From Ptychomitrium polyphyllum (lineage: Eukaryota): a DNA stretch of 64,000 nt. The notes beneath the pieces were generated by a model. It was not told the origin of the DNA and did not search any database. It worked only from the letters and a program-made list of their open reading frames with translations. The stretch's first letter is position 1. Each line of letters starts with the position of its first letter. A program made the position numbers and the translations under genes. The stretch is from positions 496,001 to 560,000 of the forward strand of contig OZ316776.1 of NCBI GenBank assembly GCA_973851085.1, given 5' to 3'. Below are positions 29,001 through 40,924 of the stretch, piece after piece.

Positions 29001-31349
29001 AAAGAAACTAGGAATATGTGTTTCAACGACGGACGCAAAAATGTACAAATACAGGCCAAATGGGACCATAGGGGAAGTTCGAAATCTCCATACTTCGTTA
29101 GCCTTCACCCATGTAAAATCAGTAGGACCATGTATTCCTGAGTTACTACTGGACATGGTCATTACTAATATTCATTTGAGACAGTAACAACCTGAATTCG
29201 CCTTCTCTCTTGATCGAAAATGGAGCTGTATACGACGTTAAATCTAGGTAAAATCTGGAGAATTAGTTCAACACTAGTGCCATCTTAGAAGTTACTCTAA
29301 CATCATGTAAAATTCGTTGAGTGGTGACACATTTCAGAATTTTGTTCCAAGGTTTTACTTCGAGGGAGAATTGAACCTTGTTCCAGACAGACAAGCTCGA
29401 TCTACCTTAACAACATCATATGGTCAAAGATGTAACAAGTCAGAGAATGATTTTTGAAGTGTATTATTACCGAAAAGACAAAGCTGTACCCCATTTCGAG
29501 GATGTTTTTGAGGAAGTATATCCTTCTCCACATCATTCTCAGGTAATCTTCAGTCATGAAAAACTTCTCCCCTGAGAAGTCAACACCTTCTGTCTTCAAC
29601 ATGTAGCAAAGAGTATGTAACTCTGTACACTGATCATAAGCCACTTGGTCCAATGCAACAATCACCAGATGATCGAGGAGATGAGATATATCTTCACCAA
29701 GACGAAAACTTTCCAAGAACAACTGTACCATGGTGTTAGGCTGCGCCCATGCTTGATTTAACGTTGTCAAAATGACTGTCCTGTTTGGTAGGGCAGCTCT
29801 CTCCAAAACCTTCTCCAAGTTTGGAAACTCAGCGTTAATCTGCAGTTAAATCAAGCAGAATCTAAGTAGTGTCTTCCTGCCAAAGTCTGATGCCAGTCCC
29901 TCCACAGTGGCAGGCGGCAGCCCAAAATAACATGCATCGTAATTTCAGCCGTAATTTTTTTCCACGGTGCAGTAAGTAAAGAGGCGCATGCCATGAAACC
30001 ATGCTTTCCAGAAGGACCTGTTCAACTAGACGAATACAAAAAGAATGTTGAGTGAAGGAATAACCTTACTATATATAACTATGCAGCCAGGTGACACCCA
30101 CTTAAAATATCACAATATTCTACAATTCATTGTAGCGGTATGAGCTGTAGCGAACGGATACTGTAGAGACATTCTGTGCTGTACTGTACTTCCAAACATT
30201 CTACTAAACGGATTACAAAAACAGCTTGAATTAATTAAAATACGATTACCGATCCGAAGATCGAAGTGTCATCCCCCAATAACCAGAGAAGATATCTATA
30301 GACTGAAAACTATTCTTGCAGCTCCAAGTGATACCACCGAGACATGGGGTCATGACTCCCTTTAATTATTAAATTAGTAAAAGATAGGATGCCCTTGTGA
30401 GCCGTGTTGGTTGAAGTCCTTCGAGGAAGGATTGCCACGTGCCCTTGAAGCGAATTGCGTACATGTAGTGGTGTAGCAACTCAAATAGGCAGGGACTCCT
30501 CTATGCTACAAATCCCGAGAGTGACAAACCAAACAAAACCAAGGCTCGGCATTAAACCGGCTCTGGCGACTTCGGAATCATACAGCTCTAGCACAAAAAT
30601 CAAAAATCAAAAATCAAAAAAAAAATAAAAAAAAACTGGCACCCTACGCGTGATACCTTCAGGCTTCTTTCCTTACTCGTTTCTGGACCAAAAACTTCAC
30701 AAAAAATCCATGTGAGCACATTTGAACACACGCGAGGACGCGAAAACAGTCGAACACGGTTAATCTGAGCACCGTACAATCGACAAAAGAATGGTCCTCG
30801 AAGGGACCCAGAAAATCTCAGTTACAGCAGGACCTCATGATCAACTCCCAGAAAAAGACTCGTGAAGACCAGCGCAGCATGCGCCCCACGCAGAACTCCT
30901 GACACTCTAGTCCAAATTTAGCCATCGCATCTATTCCTGCTCAGATTTTCGGCAACGGAGCCGAACACTCGACTGTGCTCACTCGCCTACTTTGCTAAGT
31001 TAATCACCACTCTATTAATCGCCATGCCACGCACCAACACCGGCATCTCTGGCACAGATAAAATAACATATTAAGCTTCAGCGTAATGCAATGAATGACG
31101 GTGCATTTGCGATATCCAAGACGACTAACATTAAACGGAAAACCCTCTTACAACATCGTTGATGTTGTTGCTGTGATCTCCATTAACGACGCTGGCCCCC
31201 CTCCACGGCGGTTCCTCAGGCTGAGCGCGAATTAAAAACGATTCCCAGGCTGAGCTAATTCTATGCTGTATCCACGGTCCCCCCGCCACATACATCACTG
31301 TGGTGCACAGCAGCGACACCATCGCCATCCACGCCGCCATCGTCCGCAT
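26027..31349 (-). CDS. Nucleotide-diphospho-sugar transferase family protein (At4g15970-like type II membrane glycosyltransferase); exons 31349-31152, 29839-29471, 27187-26879, 26224-26027
   Basis: N-terminal signal anchor; TVILTTLNQAWA, LFLESFRLGE, YLRMMWRRIYFL, GYSFVFS-DADVMWFRDPF (DxD motif), PNGGF, HDQDVLN, FSGFCQ-VSKD and TMHANCC. The last intron has a GC donor. Confidence 0.93.
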
Positions 31350-34300
31350 GACCACTGATCTCCAAACCCTAACACGCACCTCACCCCACCCCAATCATCC
31401 CCATCGCCCACATGCCAGTTCGCCCTCCCAATCATCACAAACGCACTCCCCGCAAGCTCCTCCACATTTCCGTCATCGATCCCCCTCTGCAGTGATCGAT
31501 GCCTCTCGGGTCGCTGCATGCATGCTTGCGTCCCCTTAAATCCATGGGAGTCCCAGCATGAACATCATGTAAAACCCAATGGCACTCTTCACGGACAGCT
31601 TTCTCTCACATTCTGTAATTAGGGTTTCGGGTGTGCGTACCGAAAACCGTCGTTTTCCCAAACCTGGCACCATCTACTACAGGCTAACAATCTACTGCAT
31701 GGCAAGTGCAAACTGCGTAGACCTTGTATGGTTCTACATTGGTTTAGGGTGTAGCGACGGTTTTAGGCGTGCACCACTGTTCTTTTTGTAATAGCAAACG
31801 AAAGCTTGTTTCTATTTCAGAAGAGTACAACAGCGAAGCAAGGGAGACCCTATTGAGCAAGGTATGCATGATGCTGTGATGTTGTTTTTCTTTTGTTTCG
31901 CTCATTTTAAACACGAACGGAACAACTTGAATTGCAGAAAGAAGATTACAAAGGGAACAAGGGTGGTTTGTTGTCCTCTTTGAGCTTGGTAAAGGAGCCT
32001 AGCTTGTGGAAGTTTTACATACAGCATGAGATTTAGCGTTGATGGGGTGATTGGAGTGGAGGTACAATAGGGGACGGCGTTGGGGGCAGAGGGGACTGGG
32101 GTGGGTTGGATTGGAGGATTTAGGTGGTGGTCGACGTGGAGGGCAATGGCAGTGAGACGCCATAGAAACGGTATTGGAGGGGGGACCCGACGAGAAGCAA
32201 AGTGCACAAAGGGTAAGTTACCAGCAAAAGGGAGCTAAAGGGGACTTTGTCCGAGGGAGGTATCGGAGTAATAAATTCAGTGGGTTTGGCCCTTTCGCCC
32301 TTGTCATATGCGGGGTCAGACCCGCTGGCGCCACGAACCCCTGTGGGGAAATGGAATTATAAGGGTTTAAAATGGAGGTTTTAACTTAGCAAAGGAATTG
32401 GACAGGTGGATATTTAAAATGGGGGCTGGAGTAGGAGCTTCCAAGTAGGCCGGCCGTCACAATGATAAGCAGGGGCATGAATAGTCACATGGTGGTGGCA
32501 AGGCAAAGTTAGAGCTTGCTTCAGCTGCCCCTATTTCATTCTTACATCCTTGATATTCCCCTTGTTTCTAGGGTTGGGGCACCTTTCTTTTAGGAGGAGA
32601 CCAAGGTGGGTGGTATGGGGTGTTCCTTCGTTGGAAGTCTTCCATGGCGGGTTGACTTCCGAAAAGCAATTGTGATTAATAAATTGCTGAATTGAAAATA
32701 TTAAGTTCGGGGAACGGAGGATTCATGGAATGATGGGTAGGAAATTACTTACTAGAAGGAGGGGTGATGGTTGAAAGTCGCTTGAGCCTTTTGATTACTG
32801 TTGGGGCATTTAAAATTCAAGCAGTGGTCACAATGCCACAAGCCCATGTGATTGATGCATTTTAATGGTGAATATTGCTCAACGTTATTGAATGTAGTGT
32901 GGTGATAGTTGTTTTATCTTTCTATGAGAAGATTCTGTTTTTCTTTTTTCTTGTTTTTTTTCTATTGGCCAATGCTGGAGGAGGAAATACATCCCCTCAC
33001 ACTAGAATTTGAAACCATGGTGTGATAGTTGTTGGGTGAAAGTCAAACATACCTCATTTAGCCAGCTTAATGAAAGATCTTATCAGCTGATACTTAGCCT
33101 CTAATTCAGCAATATGTATTCTTCTGTAACCTGTACTCTGTAATATATTTTATATCCTTGATACAGGGACATGTTAAAGGTTCAGTTATAAAACATAGGG
33201 TACCTGCATTGAAGGTTTTTTATGAAACACAAGGTACTTGCTTTGTTGAAGATTGATATGTACTCACTTTGGAGAAATTTATTATGGGCCATGGCTGTCA
33301 ATCAAGATTATTTCTATGTGTGCTTAGCTGCATTTACTTGTGATTGTGCTTAAGTCCAAAGCTCACAACATCCTTCACTGTCCCCCTCTAAACACTGTCT
33401 CCTAAAAGAATTCCAGTTCTTGAAAAGAGATTGATATGAATAGAATGTTTGTTTGACTCTTAGTTGGTGGTATAAAATTACTTTTTATTTCAAGTAGACA
33501 CTTCCATTTTCTAAAGGCACAATTTTTTTGATAAATGTATTTTATTAAAAATTGCACCCATTTGTGTAACAATTCACTACCTTAGATTCATGCCTTCATA
33601 CATTTATTGTCACATGTCCTCACTATCATATATCATTAATTTCCAACTTTGCAAAGTGAAGGTGACTTGCTTCAAGTACTTGAAAATGTTATGGAGGGTT
33701 CAAATTTACAAATTGGTGCTTACAATGTCTATCTAAAAGGGTTGTACTATAACAATGAGAAGTTGTAAGTGTGAGTTAGTATGATTGGCTTATAAGTGAG
33801 GATGGAGCCCTTACAACCATCTTATTGAGATTGACTTGCACTATAGAGCATATATTCATCTTTTCAGTATTCACTTTTAAACTCCATGACTTTGGTCTCA
33901 TAAAGAAGATAAGAATATATTTATTCATATGCATTCTATTGTTGAGAGCACTTGTATTATTTTTCTTTGCACTGAAGCATTGCATTAATTTCTTCTTCCA
34001 AAAAACAAAAGCAATTGTGGCCAAGAACTTACCAAGATTAAGAATCTATTGATGATAGTGCCAACAAATATGTTAAAATAATTTTGATAATAAAATAAGT
34101 CTTCTTCATAACATTCTAATATATGTTTTTTTGGTCTTTTCATTGTAGTAGAATTGTTCATAAATTGAATTTTAACTTCTTAGCTTCTAAGAGAAGCTTA
34201 TATGAAATAAAGATTTTTAAAAAAAATTATCAATTTCTACTGCTAGCATAATTTGAGAATTGCTTTGTTTGATCACATTTTCTTTAGTGTATAATTTATT

Positions 34301-37300
34301 TTGCATAATAGGATCTAAATTTGTTTATTAGAAATTAAAGATGACTTTTTAATTTCTTCAAACATATATATATTCTCCAAATAGTTAGATAGCTGATGTA
34401 ACAAATCAACTTCCACCACAAATATCCATGGTGATAGCATCAAGCATAGCACTGGAGGTATGAAATTTAGTTATTACTTTTTTGCAACATATAGCAAATG
34501 AACAATAAGTATTATTAAATATAACATGTAGCAATTGAAATAAAGCCAATTCATAAAAGAATAAAAATACTTCTAACAAAAAATATATATCAGTTAATTA
34601 TAATAATGATTTTTCGCATGAGCAAAATATTGTTTTAATATGGATTTAAACTTGTATGGATTTTTTAAATGTCATTTGTTTCAATGATGAAAAAATAAAA
34701 GAACAATTGGATTCAATTCGTATTTGTATTATATATTTCAAAATCAGTCAAAAGTATTAAAATAATATATTTTAAAAAATGAATTGGTAGGATTCAAAAT
34801 GCATAGTAGCCCAATTTTTATTTATATTTCAATATTATTGTGACTAAACTATGTATCTTGTAATATCCATCAAAGTTTGATTTTTTTATTTTTATAAAAC
34901 TTTGAATGAAAATGAATGTATTCATGGTCATTCCATATATAGCCGAACTTATAATCTTTCTAAAATTAATTGCATATAAAAAATTGTTCCCATTTATCAA
35001 AAAATATTTATACTTGGGAAAATGAACACAGGTTATGTTTATCATATAAAAGTCATTCATTTCACTAAGTATTCAAATGTATCAGTCTATAATTATTATA
35101 TATTCTTAAAACTTCAATATACACAATCAAGGTTGGTAGCTAAATGTTTTCATAATATTAAAAATCATCAAAAAAAATTTGATACTTTAAATAGCAGGGG
35201 CTTATTTTATTTTAAATATTTTTGTAATTTAAAATGGTTGAAAAGTTAGTCTATCATGTAATATAAAACAAAAATAGTTGATACAAAATTAAAATTATAT
35301 TTGATCAATTAAAATGTATTATAATATTTCGATGTAGAAAATACAATATATGAAATTTGTACAATTTTTTTTTTTGATTTCTATCAAATCATTGTTGAAT
35401 CATGCAGTATTTGGGCCCAACAAAAAAAAATCAAATGATTTTTACTAAATTTTGATTTTTTGCTAAATAGCACTATCTTAAAAAATGCATGTTTCTTTAG
35501 AAAAAACAATGGTGGTTATTAAAAAAATTTAGTATAATATCAAAAATTGCATTTAAGATGTTTTTTTCATATAATGTTTGAATAACTAGAATCTACCTTG
35601 ATATTATGTTATTATTTTTTATTTTTTATTAATGAAGAATTTATTATTCTTTTCCAAAAATAATAATTAACTGATTTATTAAAAATTATTTATTTTGAAT
35701 TGTGTTGTTTTAAAAATATATATTTTAACAAAAGTAGAAGTCACATCATACTTGTTAACTTTACAATGTTACGTCAAGTAAAAAGCAAGTCTTCACAAAA
35801 AATGTTATTACTTTCTACCTAAGCCACTATAGGTAGAGAAAATGTTTGATAAACCTTCAAGGTCTTTTTTAGATGTTGTCTTCTATCCAAAGCACATTTC
35901 TCTAAAAAGTCCAATATAGAAGTAACCATCACATTCAAATCATATTTTAATAAGTATATTTAATCTATAATAAATTTAACATCTTTTTATTGATTTTGAA
36001 CCACATTTCTATAATCAAAGTTGTGCTTCGATGAAGGGCTTTCTTCAAGGGCAGTCAATTCGATGAATTCAAAGCTGCTATTATGACGAAACCAACTACA
36101 ACAACAGTTCATTTTTAAAATCACAAAGTTGTGGAGATATGTGTATAATGCCTTACAAAAAAAACCAATTAGTTTTGTTTCACAAGCACATTTGGAAAAA
36201 AATTCATAAGAACCATATTATTTAATTTTAGGATGATACAAAAACCATTTATATTTTAGCACACAAAAATAAATCATGTTATTTTGTTGCATTTTTAATT
36301 TTAGGATTTGAAGCACTTTTGCAATATACCAGATACTTTGCATGTTCTTGTATCTTTTATTATTTGTATATTGTAATACTATATTATTCTCTTTACAACT
36401 TATGATAAATAGCATTTTTTTTTAAAACCACCAACTTTAGAGTACAATGTTACTACATATGCTTAAAGTAAAGATATGATAAGCTTTAAACCACTTAATC
36501 ATATAACAAATAGTAAGACGCCATCAACAAAGCCAATATGTTTTTCCAAGAATAATGAAGTTATTCATGTGAAAACATGTTAGAAATGTTACATGGAACC
36601 AATGACAAAGAATATCCATATTAATGACTGACAATACAACAACAATGATAAATATTGAAGTTTTGCTTTAACAATTTAAAAACATATATATGCACATTAT
36701 TTTTGTAAATAGAGAGCAACAATCGCTTGTTGTTTCTATATTCACAAATCATGTCTATGGAACTTTTACATCCTATTAAGCTTAGGCTTGGCCAAACAAA
36801 TGCATACCAATTTGAAAAGAAGGAGTGAAGGAGGGGAAAAGAAAAGACTTAGGTAAAAGATTTCAAAGGCTGTCACCATATGAAACAACTACATATTATA
36901 TGTTTTAAACAATGGTCATAGAATGAACGCTCAAATAAGTACTTTCAATACATTAAATAAGAAAAATTTGTTATTAATGATAAAATAAAAGAAAATAGTA
37001 TTTTTTATGCATTAAAAAAATTCAACTATCAACTTAATTGTTCTTGATTTAAAAATAGACCCTTATAATAAGGCCAATTAGTGTGCCATATTGATAGATC
37101 CATCATTAGGATATTATTGCTTATGATACAAAAGTCCATATCATTGTTCTATTAATAGATGGAAAAAAAATGAGCATATAAATTCTTTCAACCATATTAC
37201 TAGAATACATCACAATATTTTAAAGCCTCTCCAATGCATCCAAAATTTGATCCACAATATTAGTCATTTGCATTAAAACCATATGATTGTTGTGCTTTGA

Positions 37301-37515
37301 TTTAATGAAAAAGTATTCCTATTAAGAAATTATTGCTTTGTGTAAAAAAAATATTACTAATTAATTTGGCCCTTGAAAAATGGTGATTTCATTTTAGTTA
37401 TTTGATAATATGAAATGGTGTTGTTAAATTCCATGATTTTGCTTGTTCAAAGTTTACATTGAAAAAAGTCCAAGTCATTCCTCTTCAATAGCTTTTTTGA
37501 TTTTCAACTTCTGTG

Positions 37516-37671
37516 TACATCAGTAAGATACATCAATAAGATACATCAGTAAGATACATCAGTAAGATACATCAGTAAGATACATCAGTAAGATACATCA
37601 GTAAGATACATCAGTAAGATACATCAGTAAGATACATCAGTAAGATACATCAGTAAGATACATCAGTAAGA
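37516..37671. repeat. Minisatellite: 13-bp unit TACATCAGTAAGA x12 (one variant unit)
   Basis: 156 bp = 12 units. Unit 2 reads TACATCAATAAGA. Confidence 0.97.
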
Positions 37672-38792
37672 AGGTTGTGGGTTCCATTCTGATGCATGTG
37701 CAAGCTTTGTATCTGCTAGGCAAATGGATGTTTGGATCATTTAAGAAGATAAGTGTTATAAATTGAATTCTTGTGTGCATGGCTGGCTAGTTACATGACA
37801 TGGCAAGATTTTATCAAAAGCATTCTCAGCACAAATTGTGATTAACTTAATAAACCCATTACTATAACAAAATGTTAACATTTTACAATGTCAGGCAATG
37901 TTTTAAAAATAAGTTTAATATGATTAAACTGATTTTTCTCCTGAATCGGGAAAGCACTAACTTCACCTAAAACATGCTATAGGGCACTTTCACATCTTTT
38001 GGTTTCAGGCTGGTATATAGTTGCAGTCTCAAGTAGTGTACACACTTGTTACAAAAATACAGGCAAATACATGTGGATTGAGCAGAATCTAGGGATATAT
38101 CCAAATGGTGAAGGACAACTACATTCACTTCTTTGACACCTTGGCTCCATGAATTTGATATGCAACTCACACAACATAGTACAGTTGAACCAGTGCCCAT
38201 ATGATTGGAAACGCAGTAAATTGCAAATCCTCACTGGAATTCATCCCCAATGCAGCATAAAATTTCATGTATCATGACATCTTCACTGCAGCCATATGAA
38301 GTAGCTGGCAAGTCCAATCCACACCACCCAAGCCATTGGTGTCTTCCAATTCCATGTGGGCAAACCCCCACATGGCAAAAGCTCAGAGAAAACCCTGGCT
38401 AACAGGACACTTGTACATCATTAACCACATCAAGAAAATCACCTCTAAATCTACAACCATCATAAAGTCTCACCCTAACAACTCCCCTAAAATGCTAAAA
38501 GGAAAAGAAATAAAGGAACTCCAAACCCCTAAAACTCCCCATCCCATTCCCATCCCAAACATCACAGCCACCAACCTACCCCACCCAACTTCTCACCCCC
38601 TAATAACTCCGAATATGCCACAGCAGTCACAACATCAAGCCCCACCCCATCCATGGCAGTGGTCAGCCTCTGTGGAAAGAAATTACTGGAGAGCCACAAG
38701 CAAGACATTTACTGCGCTGAGGCAGGCAGCCCCGTTCAAAAATTTCACTATCCACTCGGTAAGGTAGAATCCCCACGCAAGAGTGGCCGGGA

Positions 38793-38868
38793 TCCAATAT
38801 CGCCCCGCATGTTGGACAGTAGTAGACTGTCGAACCGCATTCTACGACTGTCCAACATGGAGGTTGGA
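38793..38868 (-). ncRNA. Candidate miRNA-like stem-loop
   Basis: On the minus strand CAUGUUGGACAGUCGUAGA pairs with UCUACUACUGUCCAACAUG (18/19 pairs, 14-nt loop). The stem extends via CCUC/GGGG (one G-U pair) and UCCAA/UUGGA. No match to a miRNA that I recognise. Confidence 0.45.
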
Positions 38869-40924
38869 CCAGAAAAGGTGGTCTTGAAAGTTACGCGATG
38901 GCGATGGACGGCCATGGCGTGCGAGATGAGGAGCTCTGACATGCCATCCTTGGCAGGGGTACTGCTGTAATATCAGCGCTCTGGCAGTGAGGAGGCGAAG
39001 AGGCGCTGCTGGCTGCGACTGCAGGGGCGCAGAGAGAAAGCATCAGAGTCAGTCAGTAAGTAAGTATCCATTTTGGAGGTACAGTAAAGCTGATGAACGG
39101 GGAGCAAGATGCGGGCGCAGTAACCGGATGATGGAGATCTGAGGGTGGCAGTAGAGTCTGCACAGAGTGGGAGGGTGGCGGAGGCGGAGGGAACCAGCAG
39201 CAGAGATGGGGGCGGGGCTGGAGCAGGGGGTGGGGGGATGGAATTACGGCTAGAGGACAAGAGATGGGGGAATTCAGGGGAGTAGAATAGTCTGCGCGAA
39301 GAACGAGCCAGTTTCTCATTTAGATATGGTGGCCTCTGTTGTTGGCTTGCTGCTGCCGCGGCTACAGTAGAATCATGTAACCATGGTAGTGGTAGCAGCA
39401 GAAAATAGAACTGCAAACCCCTATGGCTGCCTGCAAACTGCAAGTGTTGGTGATGAGCGGATTATAATACTGTAATCGCGCGTCTGCCCATCCTGCTTGC
39501 CCGCACCCCATTCTTATCGCCCCCCCCCCCCCTCCCTTCCTTGCTAAGCCTGTCTTGTTTGTCCTCTTCCTCTTCTTCTTCGTCATGCATTCCACTCATC
39601 CCCGCTCGCATCCGTCCATTTCCATATCTTCACTTGGTGTTTGTAGTGATAGCACCACTCTTGTATGCTTTTTGTTCAAAGGTGTAGTGCCTTTTCCAAC
39701 ACAAAGCTGGGAGTTCTACGGGGCTGCCTGTCTTTTGGGGTCTCAGGGTTGCTAGTGTTTAACCTTTGTGGTGTATCTGAGTTGTTGGTGTTTTCAGACG
39801 TTTGGTTAGTTTAGGTTGCGGGAGGCGGAAAGAGGGAGAGAGAGAAAGAGATAAAGGGAGGGTTTTTGGGAGTTGGGGGTCGGCGTCGGATCTGGGATCT
39901 GGTGGGAGTTGTTGACTGGTTGGGGTTAGTGAGGGAGGTTTCGAAGTGGTCGACTGTGAAAGATAGAGGCTTTTGGGAATTGCGGCGAGGTAGCGTGTGG
40001 GTTTGAGTTTTGGAAAGAGGCGGACGCGTTGGAGTAAAAGCTTGCGTCGGCGGGTTTTTTTTCCGCTCTGTTCTTGTGAGGGTTGAGTGGTCGAGCTAGA
40101 ATTGTCCATGATCTTCGCGTGCCTACTTCCGGTCTGCACCCCATTCACTGGACCTTTGTTCTTGCCCCCACAGCGTGCGGAAACATCAGAGTCTCACCAC
40201 CTTTTGTCGTGTATTCGGATCCAGTAAGGTTGAATCTTGGAAATGGAGACTGAAGAAGTTTAATTGCATGCGATTTACGGTCCGAGTTTCCACGTTGAAC
40301 TGGAGTTCGCTGGCTTCTTGTTTGTGCGTTGAACCACAGAGCACGCTTTTAGAATGATAGCCAGCTGACCAAGTACGAGTAGTGTTAGTAGTGTTTTCTC
40401 TGGTCTAGTTGTGCGCAAAGAATGGCCAAACAGCTAAGCCGCACTAGACTGGGTTTTGTTAATCACGCGAGGAGGGCTTGGAAGATGCGAGCTGGACAGT
40501 AGAGTGGTTGTGACTGAGTCTTACCAGTGTTAACGAACTGTTGAGCACAACGTTCAAGCTCAGTTTGAAAAGATTCCTTTCTCCTTAATACGCGATTTCG
40601 AGTTCGAGACCCTTTATTTGGTATGTTCACGACTGTCTTGGTATAGATTATGCGATCTTTAAACCTCACTCTGTTACATCCACAATTTCCCAGTGCATAT
40701 GGAGTATGTATTCTCATGTTAGTTGAGTGCGCTGTTACTGTTTTCTTGCGAAAGGGTTTGTGTCGATGTTTGGGCATGTTCATTAACAACGTCCTATTCT
40801 TCATTTATCTTGTTGTTTGCAGGTTTTCTTTTGCTTGTGAGAGGCAGGTAGCCATCTTGCAGTAGAACTTGGTGATTTACCGTCATCAGAGACATAACAA
40901 TAGCGTGCTACAAAGTTTGGTGAT

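Noticed and set aside
31364..31627. AAACCCTAA / TTAGGGTTT telomere-like motifs
   Set aside because: Isolated telo-boxes, common near plant 5' ends. Not a telomeric array or a telomerase RNA.
37516..37671. CRISPR-like array
   Set aside because: Head-to-tail units with no unique spacers, in a eukaryotic context.
38336..39443. Overlapping ORFs of 64-156 aa around the hairpin
   Set aside because: Low-complexity or non-ATG ORFs without motifs. Better explained as non-coding or leader sequence.
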